A stretch of 64,000 nt of DNA, from the NCBI GenBank assembly GCA_049840735.1, contig JASGJN010000013.1, forward strand, positions 256,001 to 320,000, in the 5' to 3' direction. How positions within the stretch are numbered: position 1 is the stretch's first letter; each line of letters opens with the position of its first letter. Made by a program: the position numbers and the translations under genes. The stretch comes from Anaeromyxobacter sp. GTDB lineage: Bacteria; Myxococcota; Myxococcia; Myxococcales; Anaeromyxobacteraceae. Under the pieces are notes generated by a model. The model made no database searches and was not told where the DNA came from. It saw only the letters and a program-made list of their open reading frames with translations. Below, one piece after another: positions 55,283 to 64,000 of this stretch.

Positions 55283-55760
55283 ATGGAACGCATCGAGAAG
55301 AGCATCGAGGTGGAGAAGCCGCTCCGGACCGTCTACGACCAGTGGACGCAGTTCGAGGACTTCCCGCGCTTCATGGAAGGCGTCGAGGAGGTGCACCAGA
55401 TCGACGACCGGACGCTCCACTGGATCGCCAAGGTGGCGGGCAAGCGCGAGGAGTGGGAGGCGCAGATCATCCAGCAGGTGCCCGACCAGCAGATCGCCTG
55501 GCGCCACACCGCGGGCGCCATCAACTCAGGCGTGGTGACCTTCACCCCGCTGGCCGGCGATCGCTGCCGCGTGACCCTGGCCATGGAACACCTGCCGGAG
55601 GGGTTCGTGGAGAAGGTGGGCGACGCGCTGGGGTTCGTCTCGCGGCGCGTCGAGGGCGACCTGCAGCGCTTCAAGAAGTTCATCGAGGAGCGCGGGGCCG
55701 AGAACCGGCGCCTGGCGCGGCGAGCTGCACCCAGGCCCGGATCCGCACGCCGGGGTGTGA
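55283..55760 (+). CDS. SRPBCC (polyketide cyclase-like) protein, 3' end affected by a frameshift
   Basis: SIEVEKPLRTVYDQWTQFEDFPRFMEGV...DLQRFKKFIE. Confidence 0.88.
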
Positions 55761-55763
55761 GCC

Positions 55764-56783
55764 CTACCAGCGCGCGCGGTGGTCCTCGACCACGCCCGGC
55801 AGCCCGGCGACGGCCACCACGCCGCCGCCGGGCGCGGGCAGCGCGCCCTCGAAGGTGCCGGCCACCTGCGTGAAGCGCGTGGACAGGAGCCCGAGCTCGC
55901 GCACCTCGCGGTGGCGCGCCGCCGGCGTGAACACCAGCCGCAGCCGCTCCCCCTCCAACGTCCACGGCTGCAGTGGGGCGGTCCGGTCGAAGGTGAACCG
56001 GACCGGCGGCAGGCGCGCGGGACCGGGCCGGAGCAGCGCGTTCTCCCCCGGCGCGTCCGGCGGCAGGCCGAACCCCTCGCACAGGTTGAAGGCCACCGGC
56101 GCGCCGCCGGCGGCGCGGCCGGTCCCGAAGGCCCAGCGCCAGTCGGTCTCGCGCGCCAGCAGCCCGGCGGTGAAGTCCACGCCCCCGCTGCCGCCGGCCA
56201 GCGTGAAGCTGCGCCCGCCGGCCCTGAGCGTCCCCTCCACCGGCAGGCCGCCCACCTTCTGCGTGAGCCGCGGCCCCGCGCCTGGCACCGGCGCCAGCAG
56301 CGTGAACGGCGGCGGCGCCCCGGCCGCGTCCAGCCAGGCCTCCAGCTCCAGCCCGGCCGACGCGATCTCCAGCCGGTAGCGATCCGCCGGGCGGGTCAGC
56401 TCGACGCGGAGGCCGCCGCCGCTCCAGCGCGCCGCCAGGCCCGCCGCCGGTCGATCCGCCACCGAGGCCTGCAGCCGCGGCAGGCCGGCCGCGGAGCGCT
56501 CCGCCAGGACCGCCCCGGTGGCCAGGTCGGCGGCCCACACGAACGCGCCGCCGAACCAGCCCGCCTCCACCACCGCGGCGCCCACCAGCGCCGCGTCGGT
56601 AGCGACGAGCGCGTAGACCCAGCGCTTGGCCTGGGCCGCGCCCTCGAACCGCCCCGCCAGCCCGGGGCGCGCCAGCCGCTCCAGGCCGACCCGCTGCAGC
56701 GCGCCGGCGAAGGCGCCGAGCCGGGGCCGGCCGCTGGGGTCGAGGAGGTCCTGGGGGGCCGGCGGCAGCGGGGCGTCGGGCAT
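55764..56783 (-). CDS. DUF2804-family protein
   Basis: KRWVY, DFTAGLLARETDWRWA, NLCEGF, GVVEDHRARW. Confidence 0.75.
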   Translation of the reverse strand: MPDAPLPPAPQDLLDPSGRPRLGAFAGALQRVGLERLARPGLAGRFEGAAQAKRWVYALVATDAALVGAAVVEAGWFGGAFVWAADLATGAVLAERSAAGLPRLQASVADRPAAGLAARWSGGGLRVELTRPADRYRLEIASAGLELEAWLDAAGAPPPFTLLAPVPGAGPRLTQKVGGLPVEGTLRAGGRSFTLAGGSGGVDFTAGLLARETDWRWAFGTGRAAGGAPVAFNLCEGFGLPPDAPGENALLRPGPARLPPVRFTFDRTAPLQPWTLEGERLRLVFTPAARHREVRELGLLSTRFTQVAGTFEGALPAPGGGVVAVAGLPGVVEDHRARW

Positions 56784-56907
56784 GGGCGGATGCTACGCGC
56801 CCGCGCGCGGGCGGGCGGAGGACTGCCGGGGCGCGCCGAAAAGGGAAGCGGGGGTGAGCCAGCGCTCACCCCCGCCCGTGTCTCCCGAGGTACGCCTTGC
56901 TTCCTGG

Positions 56908-57834
56908 CTACGCGGCCGACGAGCCGGTCACCGCGAGCGCCGGCACCTTGGCGCGCGCGGCCGGGGCGTCGGCCTCGGCGGTCACGCGCACGATCCGGTG
57001 GGCCGTGGCGTCCGCCAGCACCTTCTTCACCAGCGCCTGGTTCATGGCGTGGCCGCTCTTCACCGCGGTCAGCGCGCCGATGACCGGCAGCCCGAACAGC
57101 GCCAGGTCGCCGATGGCGTCCAGCACCTTGTGGCGGGCGAACTCGTCGGGGAACCGGAGCCCCTCGGGGTTCAGGATGGAGAAGTCGTCCACCACGATGG
57201 CGTTCTCCAGGCTGCCGCCCTTGGCCAGCCCCATCGACTGCATCTTCTCGATGTCGCGCCGGAAGCAGAAGGTCCGGGCGCGCGCCACCTCGCGCTCGAA
57301 GGTCCGGTCCGTCAGCACCACCTTGAACCCCTGGTTGGTGATGAGCGGGTGGTTGAAGTCGGCGGTGAAGGAGACGCTGAAGGCGTCGGCCGGCTCGAGC
57401 CGGGCCAGCTTGTCGCCGTCGCGGATCTCCACCGGCTGGTCGATGACCAGGTAGCGCTTCCCGGCGTGCTGGACCTTCACGCCCGCCTCTTGCACCAGGC
57501 AGACGAAAGGCGCAGCCGAGCCGTCGAGGATGGGGATCTCCGGACCGTCCACCTCGACGCGGCAGTTGTCGATGCCCATGCCGTGCAGCGCGGCCATCAC
57601 GTGCTCGACGGTGGAGATCTTGGCCTTGCCCACGCCGATGCTGGTCGAGAGCGTGGTGTCCACCACCAGGTCGTTGCGGGCGGGGATCTCGATGCCCAGG
57701 TCCATCCGGACGAAGGTCACGCCGGCGTCGGCCGCGGCCGGGGCGAGCGTCAACGTCGCGGGCTTGCCGGAGTGGAGGCCCACCCCCGTGCAGGAGACCC
57801 GCTTCGCGACCGTCCGCTGATTCCAGTAAGCCAT
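56908..57834 (-). CDS. lpxC: UDP-3-O-acyl-N-acetylglucosamine deacetylase
   Basis: GVGLHSG, TVEHVMAAL, ARTF and HKVLDAIGDL. Confidence 0.97.
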   Translation of the reverse strand: MAYWNQRTVAKRVSCTGVGLHSGKPATLTLAPAAADAGVTFVRMDLGIEIPARNDLVVDTTLSTSIGVGKAKISTVEHVMAALHGMGIDNCRVEVDGPEIPILDGSAAPFVCLVQEAGVKVQHAGKRYLVIDQPVEIRDGDKLARLEPADAFSVSFTADFNHPLITNQGFKVVLTDRTFEREVARARTFCFRRDIEKMQSMGLAKGGSLENAIVVDDFSILNPEGLRFPDEFARHKVLDAIGDLALFGLPVIGALTAVKSGHAMNQALVKKVLADATAHRIVRVTAEADAPAARAKVPALAVTGSSAA

Positions 57835-57885
57835 ATCGAGTGCGATCCGTTCTGGGCGCGGTGCGCCCTGGCGGGACGGTCATGC

Positions 57886-57901
57886 AGCAAGCGTCATGCC
57901 A
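57886..57901 (-). promoter_or_regulatory. Sigma54 -24/-12 promoter for lpxC
   Basis: Minus strand TGGCATGACGCTTGCT = GG-N10-GC consensus, about 50 bp upstream of the ATG. Confidence 0.7.
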
Positions 57902-58139
57902 CCCCGCCCGGCCGCGACGCCAGGTCGCCCCCTCCTCGGCCCGGTACAAGCCGATGTATTTGCGAAACTTTTCAGCATGTCGGATGCTCCCTTGCCTCCC
58001 TCCCCATTGAGACGCTGTCGGAGTCCCGTCTGAACGGGGCGTCACCACGACATCGATGTCAGATCGGGCCCCCTCGGCCCGGGACCAAAACCCACCCGCC
58101 GGCCCGAGGCCGATGTCATCCTCGGGATCGAGGCCGGAC

Positions 58140-58880
58140 GTGATTCCGCTGAAGGACGACAACCCGCACGACCGCACCCCGGTCGTCACCCTGGCGCTGA
58201 TCGCGGCCAACCTGCTCGCGTTCGCCTGGCAGATCGACCTGCGCACGCTGCCGGACGCGCTGCGCGGCGGCGAGCTCCTGCTCGCCATGAGCGCCCGCAT
58301 CCAGGACACCGCGCTCCGCGGCGGGGTGGTGCCCTTCGAGATCCTCACCTTCAGCGACATCGAGCTGCGCGACGTGGTGCCCCCGCCGTTCACGCTCTTC
58401 ACCGCCATGTTCCTGCACGGCGGGGTGACCCACCTGGCCTTCAACATGCTGTTCCTCTGGATCTTCGGGAACAACGTGGAGGACGCGCTGGGGCGGCTGC
58501 GCTTCCTGCTCTTCTACCTCGCCTCCGGCGTGGTGGCGGCGCTGGTGCAGGTGGTGGCCTCCGCGGTCACCGGCGACATCTTCGTGCCCATGGTCGGGGC
58601 CAGCGGCGCCATCGCCGGCGTGCTGGCGGCGTACATGGTCCTCTTCCCGCGCGCGCGCATCTCCACGCTGGTGATCATCGTGATCCTGATCCGCGTGCTG
58701 CCGCTCCCGGCCCGCTTCTTCATCGGGCTCTGGTTCGCGGGGCAGGTGTTCTCGGTGCTGCTGGGGGCCAGCAACGGCGTGGCGCTCTTCGCGCACATCG
58801 GCGGGTTCGTGGCCGGCTGGCTCCTGGTGCGGCTGGTGGGGCGCCGGACCGGGTGGCTGGCGCGGCGGGTGGTCTGGTAG
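58140..58880 (+). CDS. Rhomboid intramembrane serine protease
   Basis: VIPLKDDNP, MFLHGG, NMLFLWIFGNNVED, GASGAIAG and AHIGG. Confidence 0.93.
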   Translation: MIPLKDDNPHDRTPVVTLALIAANLLAFAWQIDLRTLPDALRGGELLLAMSARIQDTALRGGVVPFEILTFSDIELRDVVPPPFTLFTAMFLHGGVTHLAFNMLFLWIFGNNVEDALGRLRFLLFYLASGVVAALVQVVASAVTGDIFVPMVGASGAIAGVLAAYMVLFPRARISTLVIIVILIRVLPLPARFFIGLWFAGQVFSVLLGASNGVALFAHIGGFVAGWLLVRLVGRRTGWLARRVVW

Positions 58881-58958
58881 CGGCCCACCCGGCCCCCGGT
58901 CCGCGCCGAGGCGGGATTGCGACACCCCTGTCGCGCGCCGGAGACGGGCGAGCGGGAC

Positions 58959-59987
58959 CTACAGCAGGTCGCCCTGCTTGCCCCCCGGCCGCTCGCGCCC
59001 GAGGTGGGCGAAGGCGGCCGGCAGCGCCACGCGCCCGCGGGGCGTGCGCGCCAGGAACCCCTCGCGGACCAGGAAGGGCTCGTACACGTCCTCGATGGTC
59101 TGCGACTCCTCGCCGACCGCCGCCGCCACGGCGTCGATGCCGACCGGGCCGCCGCCGAAGGTGTCGATGACCGAGGCCAGGATGCGCCGGTCCATGAGGT
59201 CCAGCCCGCGCGCGTCCACCTCCAGCCGGGCCAGGGTCCGGTCCACGATCTCCCGGCTCAGCCGCCCGTCCCCCTCGACCTGGGCGAAGTCGCGGGCCCG
59301 CTGCAGCAGCCGGATGGCGATGCGCGGCGTGCCCCGGGCCCGGCGGGCCAGCTCCTCGGCCCCCTCCGGCTCCACCGGCAGCGAGAGCTTGCGGGCGGCG
59401 CGGACGGCGATCTCGCGCAGCTCGGCCGGGCCGTAGAACTCGAGCCGCTCCTGGATGGGGAAGCGGTCGCGCAGCGGGCTGGCCAGCAGGCCGGTGCGGG
59501 TGGTGGCGCCCACCAGCGTGAACCGCTCCAGCTTCATCTCCATGGTCTGCGCGCCCAGCCCGGCGCCCAGCACCACGTCGAAGCGGAAGTCCTCCATGGC
59601 CGGGTAGAGCGCCTCCTCGACCGCCGGCGAGAGCCGGTGGATCTCGTCGATGAAGAGGATGTCGCGCGGGGCGAGCGCCGTGAGCAGGCCGGCCAGGTCG
59701 CCCTTCTTCACCAGCGCCGGGCCGCTGGTGACGTGCAGCGCCACGCCCAGCTCGCGCGCCAGGATGTGGGCCAGCGAGGTCTTGCCCAGGCCGGGCGGAC
59801 CGGAGAGGAGCACGTGGTCGAGCGCCTCGCCGCGCTGGCGGGCCGCGGCCGCGTAGACGCGGACGTTCTCGACGATCTTCTCCTGGCCGACGTAGTCCTC
59901 GAAGGTGGCCGGGCGGAGCGACTGCTCCAGGCGCTCCTCGCCTTCCGAGGCGGCGGGGGAGAGCTCGCGGGCGGGCTTCACGGGCAT
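58959..59987 (-). CDS. ruvB: Holliday junction branch migration helicase RuvB
   Basis: [24 protein letters not shown] and RGTPR. Confidence 0.97.
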   Translation of the reverse strand: MPVKPARELSPAASEGEERLEQSLRPATFEDYVGQEKIVENVRVYAAAARQRGEALDHVLLSGPPGLGKTSLAHILARELGVALHVTSGPALVKKGDLAGLLTALAPRDILFIDEIHRLSPAVEEALYPAMEDFRFDVVLGAGLGAQTMEMKLERFTLVGATTRTGLLASPLRDRFPIQERLEFYGPAELREIAVRAARKLSLPVEPEGAEELARRARGTPRIAIRLLQRARDFAQVEGDGRLSREIVDRTLARLEVDARGLDLMDRRILASVIDTFGGGPVGIDAVAAAVGEESQTIEDVYEPFLVREGFLARTPRGRVALPAAFAHLGRERPGGKQGDLL

Positions 59988-60027
59988 GGCGGGCTGGAGC
60001 CTAGCACGCGGGGCTGACCGGACGAGG

Positions 60028-60621
60028 TCACCCGCGCAGGAGCTTCAGCGCCTCGCGCAGCAGGTCGTCGAGCGGCCGCCCCTCGGCGGCGTCCTTGAGC
60101 CGCTCCACCGCGCCGTCGGCCTGCGGCGGCTTGTAGCCGAGGTTCACGAGGGCGGTGCGCAGCTGCTCCAGCGCCCCCGCGCCGGGGGCCGGGCGGGCCG
60201 GACCGGCGGCGCCGGCCAGCGCCATGAGCTTGTCCTTGAGCTCGACCACCAGCCGCTCGGCGGTCTTCTTGCCCACGCCCTGCACCTTGGTGAGCCGGGC
60301 CACGTCGCCCTGCGCCACCGCCTGGGCCAGCTCGCGCGCCTCGATGCCGGAGAGGATGTTCTGGGCCGCGCGCGGCCCCACGCCCTTCACCTGGATGAGG
60401 GCGCGGAACACCGCCTCCTCCTCCTCGGCGCCGAAGCCGTAGAGGTCGAGCGCGTCCTCGCGCACGTGCGTGTAGACGCGGAGCGCGACGCCCTCGCCGC
60501 GCGGCGGGAGCGCGGCCAGCGTGAGCTGGGAGAGGTGCACCAGGTAGCCGACCCCGCCCACGTCCACGATGGCGTGCGCCTCGCCCTTCTCCAGCACCTT
60601 CCCCGAGAGCCGCGCGATCAC
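60028..60621 (-). CDS. ruvA: Holliday junction branch migration protein RuvA
   Basis: [38 protein letters not shown]. Confidence 0.95.
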   Translation of the reverse strand: MIARLSGKVLEKGEAHAIVDVGGVGYLVHLSQLTLAALPPRGEGVALRVYTHVREDALDLYGFGAEEEEAVFRALIQVKGVGPRAAQNILSGIEARELAQAVAQGDVARLTKVQGVGKKTAERLVVELKDKLMALAGAAGPARPAPGAGALEQLRTALVNLGYKPPQADGAVERLKDAAEGRPLDDLLREALKLLRG

Positions 60622-61161
60622 CGGCGACCTCCGGTGGTCGCGGCGCGAGGGGCGGAGCCGGGCCGCGGCGGCGCCGGCGCGGCCGGGCGCGGGGACGGCC
60701 AGCGGGCGGCGGGCCAGGTGGCAGACGGCGATGGCCAGCGCGTCGGCCTCGTCGGAGAGCGCCGGCGCGGCGCCGAGGAGCATGCGAGCGGTGCGGAGCA
60801 TCTGGTCCTTGCCGGCCCGGCCGTTGCCGGTGAAGGCCTGCTTCACCTGGGCGGGCGCGTACTCGAAGACGGGCAGCCCGGCGCGGGCGGCGGCGGCCAG
60901 CGCCACGCCGCGGGCCTGGCCCAGCACCAGCGCCGAGCGGGGCGAGGCGCCGGAGAAGACCGCCTCGACCGAGACCTCGGCCGGGCGGGTGCGGGCGATG
61001 ACGGCGTCGATGCCGGCCAGGATCGCGCCCAGGCGCTGGGCCATGGGCAGCTCGCCCGGCACCAGCACCCCCGACTCGATCACCAGGAGCCGGGTCCCCT
61101 GCCGCGCCACCACGCCGAAGCCGCAGCGCCGGGAGCCGGGGTCGATGCCGAGGACGATCAC
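60618..61161 (-). CDS. ruvC: Crossover junction endodeoxyribonuclease RuvC (3' end approximate)
   Basis: [23 protein letters not shown] and DEADALAIA. Confidence 0.93.
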
Positions 61162-61280
61162 GGCGGCATGGTAGCAGACGCCGAACTCCCGTCCAGGCCG
61201 CGGCCGCTGCGGCCGCACACCGCGCCCAGGTCACGCCACGCCGCCCGCCTCGTCTGCGAGGCTGACCCCGAGGACCTCAC

Positions 61281-61802
61281 ATGGACCTGACCCTGCGCCG
61301 GCTCGAGCCCGGCGACCGCGACCGGCTGCAGGCCTTCCTGGACGCCCTCTCGCCCGAGACGCGCCGCCGCTTCGGCCCGCACCCCTTCGACCCCGCCACC
61401 GTGGCCGCGCTCTGCGAGGCCGCCCCCACCGACGCCGCCACCTGGCGCTGGCTGGCGCTGGACGCGGAGGGACAGGTGCTGGGCTACGCGCTGGCGCGGC
61501 GCGGCCACCTCTCCCATGACGCGGTCCGCATCGCCGGCTACGGCGCGCCGCTGGTGGAGCCGGAGGACGCCTTCTTCGCGCCGGCGGTGGCCGACCGGAG
61601 CCAGGCCCGCGGCCTGGGGACGGCGCTGCTGGAGCAGGCCGCGGCCGAGCTGCGCGCCGACGGCCGGCGGCGGCTGTTCCTGTGGGGCGGCGTGCAGAAG
61701 GACAACGCGCGCGCGGTGGCCTACTACCTGCGCAACGGGTTCGAGCTGCTGGGCGAGTTCGAGCACCAGGGGTGGAACCTGGACATGGTGAAGGCGCTCT
61801 GA
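61281..61802 (+). CDS. GNAT-family acetyltransferase
   Basis: VADRSQARGLGTALL and NARAVAYY..NGF. Confidence 0.85.
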   Translation: MDLTLRRLEPGDRDRLQAFLDALSPETRRRFGPHPFDPATVAALCEAAPTDAATWRWLALDAEGQVLGYALARRGHLSHDAVRIAGYGAPLVEPEDAFFAPAVADRSQARGLGTALLEQAAAELRADGRRRLFLWGGVQKDNARAVAYYLRNGFELLGEFEHQGWNLDMVKAL

Positions 61803-63056
61803 GCCCGCCTCAGCTCGCCGTGGCGGAAGAGCGTCGGGCGCTGCGCCAGCACCGTCCGGCGCAGGCCCGGCAGCGCCACCCAGAACAGCGCCGCCGCGAC
61901 CAGCAGCGCCCCGGCGCCCAGCCCCAGCGTGAGCGGCGCGCCCACCCGCCGCGCCAGGAACCCCGCCGCCAGCGCGCCGAACGGCGTCAGCCCCACGAAC
62001 AGCGTCGAGAAGAGCCCCATCACCCGGCCGCGCAGCCCGGCCGGCGCCAGCCCCTGCAGCAGGGTCATGGTGCCGGCCATCTGCGTGCTGAACCCGTAGC
62101 CGGCCACCGCCAGGCACGCGGCCGCCGGCGCGGGGCTGCGGGCCAGCGAGAGCCCCAGGATGCCGGCGCCCAGCAGCACCGCCCCGGCGGCCGCGATCTT
62201 CCCCAGCCCGCGCAGGCCGCCGCGCAGCAGCAGCCGGATGGCGCCGGCCAGCGCGCCCAGGCCCGCCGACGCCAGCAAGAGGCTGTAGAGCCGCTCGCCC
62301 CCGCCCAGCGTGCGGGCCGCGATCACCGGGAGCAGCGTGGGGTACTGCAGCACGCACAGGCTGGCCACCGCCAGGAGCGCCAGCAGGGCCCGCACGTGCG
62401 CGGTGCGGCCGGCGTAGGCCAGCCCCTCCAGCAGGTGGGCGCGCCCGCTGGTGGGGACGCGCGGCGGCGCCGGCGGCGGGCGCATGACCCAGAGCGCGTA
62501 GTAGGTGCCACCGAAGGAGAAGGTGTTGAGCAGGAAGCAGACCCCCGGCCCGACCCAGCCCAGCACCAGCCCGGCCAGCGCCGGCCCCGCCGCCCGGGCG
62601 GTGTTGACGATGGAGGAGTTGAGGGCGATGGCGTTGGTCAGGTCCTCGCCGGCGATGTCGGCCAGCAGCGCCTGGCGCGCCGGGATTCTCGAAGGCGTAG
62701 GTGAGCCCCAGCATGGCGGCCAGGGCCAGCACGTGCCAGGGGCGGACGGCGCCGGTGAGCGTCAGCCCGGCCAGCAGCGCCGACTGCAGGATGGCGTTGG
62801 TCTGGGTGGCCAGCACCAGCTTGCGGCGCGAGACCCGGTCCGCCAGCGAGCCGGCCCAGATGCCCAGCAGGAAGACCGGCACCTGCCCCAGGAACCCGAG
62901 CAGCCCCAGCACCTCGGAGGACTCGGTCAGCTGCCAGATCAGCCAGCCCTGGGCCACCGTCTGCATCCAGGTGCCGGCCAGCGAGACGGCCTGGCCGCCG
63001 AAGAAGAGGCGGAGGTCGCGCTGGCGCAGCGAGCGGAGCGCGTGCGGCAATGGCAT
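61724..63056 (-). CDS. MFS transporter, frameshift near 62685 (3' end uncertain)
   Basis: FFGGQAVSLAGTWMQTVAQGWL, ADRVSRRKL, LRGRVMGL. Confidence 0.88.
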
Positions 63057-63091
63057 TCGACGATCCGCGGGGCGGGGGGGCGCAGCCCCCG

Positions 63092-64000
63092 TCACAGCTG
63101 TATCTGCGCGCCCATCTCCACCACCCGGTTCGGCGGCAGCCCGAAGAAGGCGCTGGCGGTCTGCGCGTTGCGGGCCATGACGATGAAGAGCCGCTTGCGC
63201 CAGGGGCGCATGGCCGACGGACCGGTCGGGAGCAGCGTCTCGCGCCCGAGGAAGTAGGTGGTCTCCATCGGCTTCAAGGTGATGAGCGGCCCGCCCGAAG
63301 GGCGCGGGCGCGAGAGCGAGTCCAGCAGCGCCGGCACGTCCGGCGTCTCCATGAAGCCATAGCGCGCCAGCGCCTGGAAGAAGCCGCTCCCCAGCTCGCG
63401 GACGGTGACGCGCTCGTCCTCGGGGACCGACGGGATCTCCTCGGTCACCAGCGAGACCAGGATCACCCGCTCGTGCAGCACCTTGTTGTGCTTCAGGTGG
63501 TGCAGCAGCACCGGCGGCACGCCGCCCGGGTTGGAGGTCATGAAGACCGCCGTGCCGGGGACGCGCAGCGGGTTCTGCGGCCGATCTCTCCCAGGAACAG
63601 GTCGAGCGGCAGGCCGGAGTCCTTCAGCATGCGCGCCAGCTGCTCGCGCCCGGCCTTCCAGGTGGACATCAGCGTGAACACGCCGATCGCCGTGACGATG
63701 GGGAACCAGCCGCCGTTGGGGATCTTGACCAGGTTGGCGGCCAGGAACGCCACGTCCACGACGATGAGCAGGCTGGTGAGCGACCAGGCCGCCCACCGGG
63801 GCCAGCCCCACAGGTCGCGGCAGACGCGGTGGAACAGGAGCGTGGTGACCGTCATCGTGCCGGTCACGGCGATGCCGTAGGCCGCGGCCAGGTTGGAGGA
63901 GCTCTTGAAGCCGAGCACCAGCGCCACGCAGGCCACGCCGATGGCCCAGTTCACCTCGGGGATGTAGATTGGCCGATCTCGCTGTGCGAGGTGTGGCGGA
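63092..64000 (-). CDS. kup: KUP/HAK/KT potassium transporter, partial, frameshifted near 63585
   Basis: LAAAYGIAVTGTM, GGWFP, HHLKHNKVLHE, YGFMETPDVP, RVVEMGAQIQL. Confidence 0.93.
   Translation of the reverse strand, partial: SATPRTARSANLHPRGELGHRRGLRGAGARLQELLQPGRGLRHRRDRHDDGHHAPVPPRLPRPVGLAPVGGLVAHQPAHRRGRGVPGRQPGQDPQRRLVPHRHGDRRVHADVHLEGRARAAGAHAEGLRPAARPVPGRDRPQNPLRVPGTAVFMTSNPGGVPPVLLHHLKHNKVLHERVILVSLVTEEIPSVPEDERVTVRELGSGFFQALARYGFMETPDVPALLDSLSRPRPSGGPLITLKPMETTYFLGRETLLPTGPSAMRPWRKRLFIVMARNAQTASAFFGLPPNRVVEMGAQIQL

Noticed and set aside
60028..61218. Apparent RuvC-RuvA fusion in the ORF track
   Set aside because: ruvA has its own GTG in a GTGA context typical of a stop/start overlap; one indel in the GC-rich ruvC tail explains the fusion, and such indels are common in this sequence.

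Overview
High-GC Myxococcota-like (Anaeromyxobacter-type) chromosomal window. Many genes carry single-base frameshifts, which suggests uncorrected long-read indels. 1-7 kb: ribD(deaminase only)-tatA-ribB(A), divergent from a Tat lipoprotein flavoenzyme, a multiheme cytochrome c lipoprotein and a histidine kinase/sigma54 regulator pair. tRNA-Pro(GGG) at 7186-7259 is an integration hotspot, and its 3' part recurs at 24923-24969 and 26845-26889. The first two copies delimit a 17.7 kb phage-satellite-like element. It encodes an integrase, Xis, primase-helicase, XRE HTH, a stand-alone M41-like peptidase, an FkbM methyltransferase, two TerS-like genes, a coiled-coil protein, an HK97 major capsid protein, a ClpP-like protease fused to a beta-propeller, zinc fingers, a histone-H1-like protein and a ParB/HEPN-like + Dam cassette. 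It also holds an iteron array, a cos-like site and an IS256 insertion, but no recognisable portal, TerL or tail genes. The att core lies inside the integrase ORF, so excision would swap a 17-aa tail for a 92-aa tail ending ALAAAA. Next come a 1.9 kb relic element, several toxin-antitoxin loci, a sulfatase/cytochrome-TPR/HAD cluster, sugE with a guanidine-III riboswitch, a PAS hybrid kinase, a GH63-like glucosidase, carbonic anhydrase and katG. From about 46 kb the content is ordinary chromosomal genes (M48 protease, GT4, USP, Ku, lpxC, rhomboid, ruvCAB, MFS, kup).
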